Positions 16,342 through 33,490 of a DNA stretch of 64,000 nt are shown piece by piece; the first letter of the stretch is position 1; every line of letters starts with the position of its first letter. The notes beneath the pieces were generated by a model, which did no database searches, was not told the DNA's origin, and saw only the letters and a list, made by a program, of their open reading frames with translations. This DNA comes from the human T2T-CHM13v2.0 reference genome, Homo sapiens: assembly GCF_009914755.1 (NCBI RefSeq), contig NC_060930.1, one strand, 5' to 3'. The translations under genes were made by a program, and so were the position numbers.

Positions 16342-16384
16342 CCTCACATTTATGCTGTCATGTGCTCATAGAAAATGTGGCCGC

Positions 16385-16745
<361 letters not shown>

Positions 16746-17258
16746 TTAAGAGTCTTTTGTCAATGGCCTGTGCTTCCAAAAATGGTTGGTTTTGCCATTT
16801 TCCATGAAAAATGTTCCACAATGGCAAGATCTTAAATTACAAGATAAGTAGGCCACACCTCCTCCAGGGTTTAAATTGTTACGCTCCTTGTGTAAAATAC
16901 TATTTGTGTTTTCAAATACCCCTTCTCACTTCTAGCACCTTTGCATATGAAAGTCTAAGATTATTTTCTAAACCTGCCTTATCCAATGTTGATTATATGA
17001 AGCAAAATATTTCCTTGAACCCAAAAATGTCTGCATGCCTTTGCCCATCCGTCTTCCTGTCTCTGGGCCGCCCTTTCCTTCTTCCTTGCCCAGCTTTTTG
17101 AGCTGTTGCCTGGCTGCACAGTTCAGCAAGGTGCCTCAACTAGCTCAGGCCTTGCTGAGTCCCTAGATGTGTGTGTTGTCTGTGCTTCCTGCCCTCATCC
17201 CCACCCCAGCCCTCCTAGACAGCCCCATTGTGGTCTCATTCCCAGAAAACCTGGATAG

Positions 17259-18035
<777 letters not shown>

Positions 18036-18349
18036 TGGGAAGGGATTTTTTTAAGTGGCAGGGACTTTCTGGTCTTCCTTCAATTAGGCCAGAAGGCCAC
18101 CTGCACCTCCTTGCTGGCTGGTTTGTGTTCTGGTTGCTATAGTTACGTCCTGTGGGTGCTGCTCTTCTGCGCCTTGATTCCCCACTCCAGGTGGGGACAC
18201 TGGGAATGGAATGCGAACTTCCTGGTTGTGTAACCCGTGCTTGCAGGGAGTAAACAAAGCTGCTTTCCAGCAAGAGTATCTTTATCACCTAACAAGGCAC
18301 GCGTGTGCATTTTATCTGTGGCCACTCTATCATTTAAAAAGACATTTTG

Positions 18350-18660
18350 GGCTAGGCACAGTGGCTCACACCTGTAATCCCAGCACTTTGGGAGGCCGAG
18401 GAGGGCAGATCACCTGAGATCAGGAGTTGGAGACCCGCCTCGACAATATGGGGAAACCCTGTCTGTACTAAAAATACAAAAAAATTAGCTGGGTGTGGTG
18501 GTGCACACCTGTAGTCCCAGCTACTCAGGAGGCTGAGGTGGCAGGATCGCTTGAACCTGGGAGGCAGAGGTTGCAGTAGGCCGAGATAGTGACACTGCAT
18601 CCAGGCTGGGTGACAGAGCGAGATTCTGTCTCAAAAAAATAAATTAATTAGATAAAAAAT
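18350..18660 (+). mobile_element. AluS
   Basis: Full dimer. Confidence 0.93.
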
Positions 18661-18952
18661 TAAATGTTGCTGAGCAAAAATAATCTTTTCACCCAGTGTT
18701 AGTATGGGCAAATAAATTATACAGCAAAAAGTGGCAAGGATACCAGCATCTGTGCCTTTTGTGTGTCTTAAGATTGTTCATTTTCCCTGCATGAACAAAA
18801 GCCTGGTGGCAAACCAGCAGCGCACCTCCAAGAAATGTTAACGGTTCAGTGTGTCCAGCATGTGGAATATGTGGTGGGGAGCACTGGAACGCAGAACCAC
18901 TGCAGAGCTAAATGGGGAGAAACCAGGGTCTTAAGAAAATACTGAAGTGTAG

Positions 18953-19324
<372 letters not shown>

Positions 19325-21619
19325 TTTCTTCCCTTTTCTTTTCCTTCCTGCTAGTATGTGAATGTATTATCCCTCCCCAGGCCTCATGCGCTATCCATTG
19401 GTTAATTTATTCAAGCAAATACTTGGTACTAGGATCAATATAAAGGCAAAAAAAAAAAAATGTGTTTGTGTGTGTGTGTATTCCCTGCTCTGAAAAAGCT
19501 TAATATTTAAAAAATGAAATTCAACATACTTTAAATCTTTGATATTTGTAGATGCAGTTTAGGTGGTTTCACTTATTTGCAAGTTATAGGAGAGGTCTTT
19601 ACTTACACAAGTTGATGATTTTGCTAAAGCAGAAACCGCGGATGAACTAATAAATGACTGTCCCATAGGACCCAATATGGCCCCCGCTGTCACTTCAAAG
19701 CTGTCCTTCAGGACTGTCACTTTTCTGGTGGGTAAGCTTAGCAAACTGCCCACCATCCACACACACAGCAACTTTGCTGTCTTTGTTTACGTGTAACATA
19801 CATGGAATCTCTCAGAAATAGCACTTTAGAAACATGTTTCTTGGCAAAAAGCAAAAAAAAAATCCAAGTACAATGTAATTTTATTGGAAGTTAAAAGTAG
19901 CTGTGTTGTGATCTGAGGCTGTGCACGATGGATGAGTCATTAGGAAGCCTAGAACCTCTGTGTATTTTATCCCATCTAAGAGTTTAGAGCTTTGTGTCTG
20001 CCTCGAGAATATCAAATCTATGGTATAGGAAGGTTCCCTGCCCCCAACAGCTACCATGCAGGGTAGGAGTGAGACACTTAGAAAACGATTAAATATGAGA
20101 CCACATGATCCTTACTCTAAGTGTAATAAACAGCTGTTAAAGTAATGGAAAGAGCTGTGGGTTGGAGTGGTTGTAGCAGATCAAACGGGAGCTTGATGTG
20201 AGCTGGCTCTTCGTTGAGCAGGAGGGAAGAGCCCAGCTTAGGCACTGGTATGGGAGACACAGACATGATGTGGGAAGCCACAGGGGTTGCTGTGGAGGCC
20301 AGAATAGAGGATGAAGAGTCTCCACAGCCCAGGGAGGACCCTGCCTCTCAAACTGCCTTCTCAGCATGCTGGATTTACTGATTTCCATCAAACTGGTGAA
20401 TTTTGTGAGAAATTCCAACAAGTTGTCTTCTGAACTATTTCCTTTAAAAATCACTTATTTAAATAGCCATGTGTAGGTTCAGCCTGATTTGAAAGGAAAT
20501 CAGCATTAAAACAAATTATCCTATTATGTTGTTAGTTTAAAATCACTTAATAGGCATGACAGAAATAGCTATGTTAAGAATGATCTGCTAGTGGTGTTTT
20601 CCATAACCACAAATGAATGCTTTAAATGGAACTTCTATTTAAAGGGTTTTCATCCTTTGAAATAGTTCAGTTTTAGATGTCTATGCAAAGACATAATCCA
20701 TATTTTGAATTTGAGTTCCACAGTGCAGTGGTATCAGTTTTCAATAGCATTTTTGTGCTTCTGGAGACCTTTGTTTAAAGAACTCAAGATCTTTGTCAAA
20801 TATACGCCTTCTGAATCTTTCTATAAAAATAGATATAGCATTTTAAGAAGGACTGGTGGTCTTAGAGAAATCAAAAACCCAAAATAATTGGAAGGTCTCA
20901 CTTACTAAAGTATTGTATGAATACTAGATCATTCTGTCTTTACTACTTAGTATTTATGAATATATAATCACAGAACTTAACTGTTCTCCAAAGAAATGCA
21001 TGTACATACCAATTTTAGGTATTTGTCTTCAGATACGCTTTTTAAATGTTTTTTAAATGTCAGCCTTAAATGTTTTCTCCTTAAACTTTGTTCACCTAAA
21101 ATTCTATCAAGTGTCTTGTTAACAGAAACTAATTATCCAAACTGCCTTCCACTGGCTGTTATTCACACCCCACCCCCACCCCAACCTGCATTTTAAAACT
21201 TCAGTTTAAAGATGTGTCCGTTTACTTTGAAAGTGAAAAGATGTGTCCCTTTACTTTGAAACAAGCCCATGATTCAGGAAGTGAACTTAAAAATTTCAGA
21301 GCTCCAAAGATCTTGCTTATTTTATGGAGTTTAATGAGAACTGTGGCCAGAGCCAGGAAGGTGAAACCCAGCAGCTTTGGGCGAGTGTGGGTTGTATTTG
21401 ATGTTCACAAAAGAATGGAAGTGGTAGGGTGTTGCTCAGTGAAGTGTGCATTTTCGAGTTACCCACAGTGGTGTCTATTGTCCTGTTTCTCAATTGAATG
21501 ATGTCATGTTTCATTTAAGGCTCTTAGTGATGCTGAAGTCTGTGGTCTGCACACTAGGGGGAAAAAGGCAGTGAGAAAGTTGCAAATCAGGTTTTTGTAA
21601 AGCCTTTGTGTGTTGGGTT

Positions 21620-21768
21620 TGGGAGATAAAAGCTGACTCATGCAATATTTCTACGGAAGGCGCTGCACAGACTAGCAAAGGCTGTTTCTTTTACCTGACT
21701 GAGGTCACTGCATCAGCTGAAGGCAGACGATGTGCTTAAGCCTGAGTGGAGCAGAGGTAGGTGCTAAT
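21620..21768 (+). promoter_or_regulatory. Candidate internal promoter / alternative first exon of PLEKHG1
   Basis: Repeat-free DNA with clustered GATAA (21624), GCTGACTCAT AP-1/NF-E2-like site (21632-21641) and CGGAAG ETS core (21654), followed by donors GAG|GTAGGT (21756/7) and AAT|GTGAGT (21768/9). Inferred; no transcript data. Confidence 0.45.
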
Positions 21769-22808
21769 GTGAGTGTCCCCAAAGAAAGGATGCAGGAACA
21801 AACGCTCCTTCCCTCTGGGAGCAGCCAGAGAGGTCCACCGAGGTGAGAAGGGGTCGCAGGGGGGGCTTTCTTCACAAGTGTGCAGGGACGGAAGCTTGGC
21901 TGGATCAAGGAAAACTCTCTGTTACAAATGCGATAGACTGAAGTCTAGAAGATGATTTTTTTTCTCCCCCTCCATCTGAACTGCAGCCTGTCTTCAATAG
22001 TTTTTGTCTTAGTTTCATCTGATTTTGCTCTTTCCTTAAAGTGAGGTTGAAATATCTAGAGAGCTGATGTATCTGACTCTGGGGAGAACTCTAAAATCCT
22101 CAGTTGTCACGCGCCGAATGCCCAACATTTTCATATGCTTTCTTTTTGAGGTTCATATGCAGTCAAAGTTGGAGGAACAAAATAAATGTTTGCAAATGTA
22201 TGCTTAGCAACTGCAGTGATGAAGTTTAGTCTGAGTCTAGTGGCAACCAAAGTTGCCTAAGAAAATGCAGTTTCCATTTTGAGTGTTTCTCGGTAAGAAA
22301 CACTTTTGTGAGGAACAATGATTGGGGCAAAGGAGGCGTGGATTGTATTCAATGCCGTTGTCCATTGGAATCTGATTTCATTTGGCTTCATTATTTGAAT
22401 TTAATGATGCATTTTGAAAGATATTTATATTCAGCATTCCTTAATCACATATTGAGTATAAAAATTATTTTAATTTAAAATATTTAGATATCTGACACCA
22501 ATTGACATTGTGATTTTAATTTCCTTAAATAACTTTTTCAGATTATAAAAGTAATACAGCTATTGAAGAAAAGAGATATTTACAGAGAAATATGAAAGGA
22601 ACAAAATTATTCGTTTTACTCAGTAAAACCGATGTTAACATTTTATTATATATTCCTTCAATCTATTTCTAATGTAGACAATAAAGAAGCCGCATTTTAA
22701 ATTCAAAATTAGGATCGTATTATATGTTTTTTAAACTACCCATTTTACTCACTGTATATTATGACCATTTTCTATACTTTTAAAGATTTGAGAAGACGTG
22801 ACATTTAA

Positions 22809-23221
<413 letters not shown>

Positions 23222-24284
23222 TTAAAAGAACATGTCTAATGTACTTCATGGATTTATTTGTTTGGAGTGCTATTGTTAGTCACTTGGAATTTGCCTCTTC
23301 TTCCTCCTCCTTTTTCTTTAAGAAAATGTTATTTCTCTTGGTGCCTCCCTCCCAGCTGTGCAGGGATGTTTTGGAACTGAGTGCGTTCCATACAGATGGA
23401 GCTTGTATATATAACCATCACTGTTTAGTTACTGCCTTGAGACTGATAATTTTACACTAACAGGAAGGTACTGTTCAAAGCAAAGCTGGAGCATAGATTA
23501 TTATTTAATCTAAATTACAAATAGAGATTTTTTTAGCCTTTGAAAAACTCGGTGATACACAGTTTTTCATCATCCAAGACCTGGCATTCGTAGGATGTAG
23601 AAGAAACTGCTATTAGAGGGCCACTGCTTGTGCTGTGCCTCCAGCTGGGAAGAGGCCGTGCAGTCGTGACAGCCAGTGGTTTGCTGGGTTTTCAGGATTG
23701 GAGTCATGGCCCAAAGATTGGATGAGACTTGGAGAAGTCACCTAGTCCAGCTGCCTCACATACAAGGAAACCAGAGATGCAAAGATCAGTACAAACCCGG
23801 GGGGTGCAGAGCCAGGGCAAACATGCAAATCCTCTGACCAAAAGGGAGTATTAGGACATAATTTAATTTCCGGTTGGTTCTCTGAAATGTGTTTATACAG
23901 AGGGTTGTGGATATATGCATTCCTGTGCACACATAGCCACACACTGTGTAGTCCCTTTTGGCATATGGTACCATGTGCTTTAGACAAGCAGCTTATGTTG
24001 AGTCCTTCATTTCCTGATCTCTAAGTTCCTTTTCTACCCTACTATTTTATGAGTACAAGGAAGGATGGACTAGAAGTTAGAAAATCTAGTCTCTGATTCA
24101 TAGTTCAACTTTGAGCATGATGTTATATAATCTCTGCTTTTTTTTCCCCATCTATACAGTTTTCAAAAAGTAATGAGACACATGAAAGAGCATTGAGGTT
24201 GGTTTTGGGGGCTTTTTAAGGATAATTTTGACATAGAATTGTAGCAGCTGTATCATAATAAGGCTCACCTGTTATAATAGAGAC

Positions 24285-24950
24285 TGTTTGGGTTCTCTCT
24301 TATTGCTTAACCAATCACACTGGAACCTAATGGCTTGAAACAACAAACATTTATAATAGCTCAAGGGTTCTGTGAGGCAAGAATTCAGGAAAGGCTGTGC
24401 TAGGTGATTCTGGCTTGGGGACCGTCATAAAATTGTACTCAGACATGACAGGGCTGGGGTCATCTGAAAGGCTTCTCATCCACATGTCCAATGTCTTGGC
24501 TGGAAACACAGCAGGGGCTGTAACAGCCAGGGTTCCTTGGGCATCCCTCTGTGTATCACTGCGGTCTCATCATGTGGTTTCTGTGGTGTGGCAGAGTCAG
24601 GATAACCAGACTTTTAAATGTGGTGCCTCAGGGCATGTCTAGCACCAGTGACTGCAAGGTTTTGCCTGTCTTTGTGCTCTGCCATACCCTAGGGCACTGG
24701 TATCCTTCTTAGAGTGGAGGCAAGGTTTCTGCCACATCTGGGTTCCAGCATGAAGAGGAAAGAATGTGGAGTAATAAAATCTAATGTCTTGAGAAATAGA
24801 CTCCCAAAGGGGCATATATCGTTTCTACTGGTGAGAACTTGACCACATGGCCAATATCTAAAGGCAGAGGAGGCTGGGAAATGTGCTCAGTGAAAACTCC
24901 ATCACTAAAGAAAAGGGTAGAGTGGATTTTGGTAGACAACTAACAGTCCC
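24285..24950 (-). mobile_element. Old MLT1 (H/J-like) MaLR LTR sequence(s)
   Basis: aatggcttgaaacaacaaacattt...gggttctgtgaggcaagaattcaggaaaggc...gggctggggtcatctgaaagg...aggctgggaaatgtg. Confidence 0.65.
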
Positions 24951-25095
24951 TCTCTGAGTGGTAACACAGTGGATGGTTCTGGGTGCCCCAAATAATTCCC
25001 TTCATCCCCCACACTAAGTCACCACACACAAAAAAAGCATACAACAAAAGTAAAAACAGCTGCATTTGCATAAAAAGCCTTTAGGGAATTTCTTT

Positions 25096-25414
<319 letters not shown>

Positions 25415-25565
25415 TAGGGAATTTCTTTAGGTTCTTTTTCACCAGACTGCTCCAGAGACACCCCTTAGCTAAGGCAATTTATCTAATGCATTAGCTGCCT
25501 TAAGTAGATGCTTAATCCCTACTCAACTGAGGTAGCCATTATACCTCTTAGTTTCCATTGACTAG

Positions 25566-25925
25566 TGTCTTAGTCCATTTATGCTGCTGTAACAAAATAG
25601 CTTAAACTGGGTGACTTACAAGGAACAGAAATTGATTGCTCACAGTTCCAGAGAGTGGGAAGTCCAGGATCAAGGCGCCAACAGATTGTGTGTCTGGTGA
25701 GGGCCTGTTCCTCCTAGATGGTGCCCTCCTGTGTATCCTCACATGGCAGAAGGAGCAAACAAGCTCCCTCTGTCCTCTTTTATAAGGGCATTAATCTCAT
25801 TCATGAGGGTAGAGCCCTCATGACCTAATCATCTCCCAACAGCCCCCCCTCCTAATACCATCACCTTGGTGAGTAAGTTTCAACATATGAATTTTGAGAA
25901 GGGCACAGACATTCATACCATAGCA
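25566..25925 (-). mobile_element. MLT1A0/MSTD-like MaLR solo LTR
   Basis: tgtcttagtccatt...gagggtagagccctcatgacctaatca...taataccatcaccttgg...ccatagca. Confidence 0.88.
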
Positions 25926-26054
25926 ATTAATATAGGAATCAATCGGTAAATTATCTGAGTATTTAGTATCTGACTTTACAGCTTGAAGGAATCTTTGTTC
26001 CTCTTCGTTCAACCCCTCACCTCCTGTTTGAATGAAAATATTTTTGCAAAATAT

Positions 26055-26442
26055 CTTTTCTCATTCTTGATCTTCTTGTACAAATATGTGCTTTAACGCC
26101 TTGTTGGATGCATGGTTTGCAAATATTTTCTCCCATTCTGTAGGTTATCTCCTTGCTCAGTTGATGATTTCCTTTGCTGTGCAGAAGCTTTCTAGTTTGA
26201 TGTAGTCTCACTTGTCTGTTTTTGCTTTTTGCTGTTGTTGCCTGTGCTTTTGGTGTCACATCCAAAAAATCATTGCCAAGACCAGTGTCATGAAGCTTTT
26301 CTCCCCTATGTTTTTTTTTTCTTTTTTTTTCTTAGAGGCTTTATGGTTTCTAGTCATATTTTTAGGTCTTAATGTATTTTGAGTTTATGTTTGTGTATAC
26401 TATAAGATAAGGGTTCATTTTTATTCTTTTTGCATGTGATAT
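26055..26442 (-). mobile_element. L1M ORF2-end fragment (inverted segment)
   Basis: tttgcaaatattttctcccattctgtagg...tttgctgtgcagaagctt...aaatcattgccaagaccagtgtc. Confidence 0.85.
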
Positions 26443-26995
26443 AAGAACATGTGGCACATACACATAATGGGAAAATTATGTGACCATAAAAAAAAGAAGG
26501 AAATCCTGCCACTTGTGACAAGATGGATGAACCTGGAGCCTATTGTGCTAAGTGAAATGAACTGGACATAGAAGGGCAAATGCCACCTGACACCACTCTT
26601 ACGAAGAATGTAAAATAATCAAACTCATACAAGAAAAGACTAGAGTGGTGCTTGCCAGGGAGTGGGGAGAGGGAGAAACAGGGAGGTAATAGTGAAAGGA
26701 TACAAATTTTCAGCTATGCAAGATGAGTAAGTCCAAAAAATCTGCACAGCATAGTGCCTATAGCTAACAATACTATATTGTATACTTAAAATACTGCTAA
26801 GGAGGTAGATCTTAAGTATTGTTATTGTAAAATGTTTAATAATAATAAAGAGGCATAAGAAAACTTTTGGAGGTGATGGCTATGTTCATGGTATAGATTG
26901 TGGTGATAGTTTCACATGTATACTTATCTCCAGATTCAAGTTTTATACATTAAATATGTATAACTTTTTCTATTTAATCATACCCCAATAAAATA
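26443..26995 (+). mobile_element. L1MA/MB 3' end
   Basis: aagaaggaaatcctgcca...atggatgaacctggag...ttggaggtgatgg...caataaa. Confidence 0.85.
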
Positions 26996-27024
26996 CATTT
27001 TTTAATTTAAAACATTTTTGAGCT

Positions 27025-27215
27025 ATTTATTTTGAAAATTTTTTAAATGTATAAAAAAGTTGCAAAGATTGTGCAAAGTTCCCATATGTCTTTCATCCAG
27101 CTTCCCCTAACATTAACATCTTGTGTAATTGTAGTACCTTGTTTAAAACTTATTTAACCTTGGTTAAAGACTAATAGATTTACATGGTAAAACTAAGAAA
27201 TTAACAGGGTAACAA
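27025..27215 (-). mobile_element. L1MC-type 3' end fragment
   Basis: aaaagttgcaaaga...ccagcttcccctaacattaacatc...aaactaagaaattaac. Confidence 0.6.
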
Positions 27216-28831
27216 GATTTTTTTTTCACTCCTTGGTTCCTTCATCACCAAATAACTACAAATAAATATGAAAATCATGTTCCCTGAATTTAACATGCTG
27301 AACACTAGAGAACATGAGGAATTCTAGTCCTGGCCCTACCATTAAACAGGAATCCAGTTGATAGTTTAGAAAACCAAGAAGTGAAAATCCATATTGCTGT
27401 GAGGGAATAAAAGATGCTCCTCAAATACCTAGTGTCATCTTTGAAATATATAAATGTATATTTTTTAACTTGGACTCTTAAACATTTTTTAAAGCATTAA
27501 GTCAGTTGTTTACAACGTTGAGGCTCTAACAAAACTGCGCTGTATATTAAACGAACGTCACTAACTGGTAGAGTAACTATTTCTGTATACTTTAGTCTTT
27601 CTGTGGCCTCCCCTCTTTGAGTAATTCACAGGAGGTGTAATAAGGAACTACATAATTTCAGCTACTCATTGGTACTGAACACAGCACATTCTCTTGATTT
27701 CCATGGTTGTCCTGCCAAGGAACTCAGACTAGGTATTTGATGTCTAGAATAGCAATGAGCAGAATTTGGAAACCCTGATCACCCCTCAATCCCTGCTGTG
27801 AGTAGAATTTCTGTCTTGCCTCCTAAGTTTCTCCTTGGGAGTTGTAGGTTGTAGGACCCATCAGATGTCCCCGTTCTCCATGTAAATATGGTCACAGGAA
27901 GCCATGGAACGTTCTGCATGAAACCTAAATCAGCCTAAGAAACCAGAGCCAAGAAGCATTGCTTTTGATTCTGGCAGTGATATTCCAAAAGAGAGCAATT
28001 AAAATAATGGAAGTTGGAAGAGCAAAGAAGGAAAAGCCATGGAATTCCAATGTTTTCACCCAGAAAAAATTAGAGGGATTTGTCATGAAGTAAAAAGTAT
28101 GAAAGTCTAGCTACATAGAAGCTGTCTAGGCATCTTTTCCTTTTATTAAGGATGGCACAAAAAAAAAAAGAATATTTTATTTGGTTGGCTTTTAGGCTAA
28201 CCAGTGCTTTTCATTGTGCGACTCAGTAAGTCTCTAAGGTTCCTCTATGGATACTTCCACCCCCACCACCTCCAGGTTTACCAAAGGTGAGATTGATCAC
28301 AATCCTCTAAGTGGGTGGAACCAGCTTATTTTAGGGTCAAAAGATATACCTGATATAAGCCATTCGCAAGGTTTGGCCAGAAATTCCCAGAAATTCTTAC
28401 ATTGTTGGCCCTGTGCTTGGGATTTTGGAATAGACAGAAGTTATGAGAAGAAAAGCAGCAACTTACCCAAATGCTAATACAACCTGCTAACATCTTTCAC
28501 TCAAGGCAAGTGAAAAAGCTTTCTTGCCCTACAGATTTTTATCTGGATGTTTCAGTTTGTCAGGGAAAATCAGTTAGCCCAGTATCTGCTACACAGAGAT
28601 GACCTCCCAACTCTATTTTTGCTAATTTTTAACAATATTGTGCATTAATAAGTGGAGTAAAAAACAAAAATGCAAACTTTGAGTTGTATGTATCTCTGCA
28701 TTCACTATTATTTGAACAAAGATTGATAAAGAGGTAAATTTAAATCTTCAAGAATAATGTAATTATATCAAAGACTTCTAGATCAGCATTGTCTGACTAA
28801 AATATATATGAACTACTTATGTAATTTTTTA

Positions 28832-29160
<329 letters not shown>

Positions 29161-29169
29161 AAAAAAGTA

Positions 29170-29491
<322 letters not shown>

Positions 29492-29639
29492 TCAGTGAGA
29501 TATTTAACCTAATCCAAAATATTATTTCAATACACAAATACAAAAATTATTAATGAGGTATTTTATTTCATGTTTTTAGTTTTATACTAAGTTACTGAAA
29601 TCTGGTGTGTATCTTACATCTCAATTCAGACTGACTGTG

Positions 29640-29915
29640 TTTGTTTGTTTATTTATTTATTTAGGGTCAAGGTCTCACTTTGCCACCCAGGCTGCAGTGC
29701 AGTGGCACAATCATGGCTTACCACAGCCTTGACTCCAAGTAGCTGGGACTACAGGCACAGGCCGTCACACCTGGCTAATTTTTTGTATTTTTTGTATTTG
29801 AGATGGGGTTTTACTAGGTTGCCCAGGCTAGTCTCGAACTCCTGAGCTCAAGTGATCCGCCTGCCTCAGCCTCCCAAAGTGCTGGAATTACAGGCATGAG
29901 CCACTGTGCCCAGCC
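29640..29915 (-). mobile_element. AluJ
   Basis: Antisense, internal deletion in right arm. Confidence 0.88.
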
Positions 29916-30807
29916 TGGCTGCGTTTCAAGTTCTCAGTAGCCACATGTGGCCACTGGTTACTGTGTGGAGCAACACAGCTCTAGAGATAAATGTTAATAA
30001 TTGGTGAGTTGCATTAGAATAGGCCAGACAGGGTGGAAATCTTAAATTATTTTGAGGAAAGTGAGAACAAGACTAGACAGTTTTTATGAGGTGCATTTTC
30101 CTACGTGAGGAAACTATAATTATCTTCTAAGCAATGAATCAACATAAAAAATGTTAGCCATTAGCAAGTGTGGTCTCATATTACGTGCCATTATATGACC
30201 TGACTTTAAATGTTTCACTTCTGTCATTGGTAATTTTGGAAGGTCTTTAGTTTGGGGTGGTAAGCTTGGCTAAATGCTACGGACACCAAACTTCTGAAAT
30301 GGTCTATTTTAGAAAATGCCTGGTTGGCAGCCAGGCCTGTACGTGGACTGGCATTGGAACATTTGAAGCTTTCCCCGCAGCGGTGCCCCCTCCATGTTGC
30401 TATTTAAGATCTATCCATGAAGGGGTCCCTATTGATCTGAGTTTTATATTCCACTCTTTCCCACCTTTGAAAGTATTTCTAAAGACATTGTCATTTCTAG
30501 CAGCCCAACCTAGGATCCTCTAAAAGCAGTTTTTATTCCTCTTTAATCCTTCTGTCCCAATATTGGGTATCTAATTTAAAGTGAAAGTAAGTAGAGAAAA
30601 GAAATGATGATAAGAAAATAATGTGTCTCTCTGTTGTGTCCATTTTTCTCTAGTCCTGATCATCAATGTAGTGCCAAGAGTTTTGTAACTGTGTGAAAGA
30701 CAGTTTTCTATTCTGGAGAGATAGATTCTTCTCTGGTTACAAAATCAGAACTTGCCCTAGAGACAGTATGTGCAGATCTGTGGGGGGTAGACCTTTCCAG
30801 ATGTCTT

Positions 30808-31154
30808 GGCCTTTCAACTTTTTTGACACCAGGGACTGGTTTCATGGTAGACAATTTTTCAAAGGATGAAGGGTGGGTTGAGGTGGTGGGGGTGTGGGGG
30901 TGGGGGAGTGGGGATGCTTTCAGGATGAAACGGTTCCACCTCGGATCATCAGGAATTAGATTCTCATAAGGATCGTGCAACCTAGATCCCTGGCATGCAT
31001 AGGTCACAATAGGGCTCGTGCTCCTATGAGAATCTAATGCTGCTGCTGATCTGAAAGGAGGCAGAGCCCAGGCAGCAATGCTCGCTTGCCCACCGCTCAC
31101 TTCCTGCTGTGCTGCTTGGTTCCTGACAGGCCGTGGACCGGTACCGCACCCCTG
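30808..31154. mobile_element. MER1B hAT-Charlie transposon
   Basis: accagggactggtttcatggtagacaattttt...attagattctcataagga...ctcctatgagaatctaatgc. Confidence 0.88.
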
Positions 31155-31174
31155 TTGTAGAGAATATCCAACTT

Positions 31175-31468
31175 GGCCAGAGGCAGTGGCTCACACCTAT
31201 AAACCCAACACTTTGGGAGGCCGAGGTGGGTGGATCACCTGCGGTCAGGAGTTCGAGACCAGCCTGGCCAACGTGGTGAAACCCCGTCTCTACTAAAAAT
31301 ATAAAAATTAGCTGGGCGTGGTGGCACATGCCTATAATCCCAGCTACTAGGTAGGCTGAGGCAGGAGATCGCTTGAACCTGGGAGGCGGAGGTTGCAATG
31401 AGCTGAGATCATACCATTGCACTCCAGCCTGGGTGACAAGAGCAAACTCTGTCTCAAAAAAAAAAAAA
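31175..31468 (+). mobile_element. AluS (Sq/Sx-like)
   Basis: Full dimer; degenerate TSD agaatat(c/att)caactt. Confidence 0.94.
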
Positions 31469-32495
31469 GAATATATTCAACTTATGTTTAGTCCCAAATC
31501 ATAGCCTCATTGGACCCTTGGGATCTCAAAATATCCTCAGATACTTCCCAAGTGAGTGCCCATTTCCTACAGTGAGATCAACCTGATGGTCTAGGTTATG
31601 GAGGGTGCGAATGGAAAGGAAACCTTGTTGTGTCCACCCCTACTTTGGACTGCCATGACTTTCTCAACACCAGTCCCAAACGTGAGTAAGCATCCTTTGC
31701 TGCAAGCATACCTAAATGCACGGCTGCTGATTGGATTTTTGCCGCACCCAAGTTGGATCAGGCTTTCTAGGTCAAGTGCATCTTAACTACTATAACCAAT
31801 TCATGTTTTATAGGCCATAAAGTTGTTATAGAACAAGCAGAAAGAATATTGCAAAAGCTTTAAAAATGTGTGGCAAACTCTAGCATGTGGTAGTGGTTAT
31901 GCAGATAAACTGCTCATTTCCTACATGTCTTACCACTCCTTCTTGACTCGGAATTAGTTCCTTCATTTTATTTTCATAACTTTAATATTTGCATCATTTG
32001 TTTGTACTAATACTTGTCATGAATATAAACTAGGTATGTTGAAGGAGAGACTTGTTGGATACTTTATATTCTAAAAATATTAGTACCAACTGTTTAGTGA
32101 TCTTTATTATAGAATCAAACCAAATTTACATTACTATTGAAAAATGATCATTACTATGTATTCTTTTTACTGTGTTTGTCACATTATAACCTTCCAAACA
32201 TAAGTTTCCCTCTTCCATTTTTCTAGTAAAACCTGTAAGCATGTTTTTGTGGTAAGGTAACCTAGCAAAATTAAGCAAATTTCTTTATTAATCACCTTCT
32301 CTATCACAAGACATTTTGTTTCTATAAACACAATTTCTCTATGAAATAATGAGATGTGGAATCTCGTTATTTGAGGGAGAAATGTTGACCCTGCCTTAGA
32401 AATGAGGAAGATTGGAATTTTGAGTGTTTTACCCAAATAGCTTCTGAATGTTTAATTTTCACATGGGTCCTTTTGGGGCCCAACATCATATTTAA

Positions 32496-32723
<228 letters not shown>

Positions 32724-33006
32724 TAAGTGACCTTTTGACTTTGCAGATAGTTTTTATTTTTGGCCTTTTCTAAACAGACAGTGCCATTTTCTCATAATTG
32801 TTCTTATAATTTAGTTCCTATATGCGTCATATAATTACATGATTTTATAACTGTACTTGTGGAGAGTTGTAGTTAATCAAGCATGCTCTCTAATAGTATC
32901 ATAACTCCATATATGCCACAAATGGAATGCCAGTTTCTAAGAAGTGATCTGGAGAAGTGCTGTGTTGAGAGGATAAGTTTTCAATGGGGTGTGAGTCTTA
33001 ATAATT

Positions 33007-33490
<484 letters not shown>

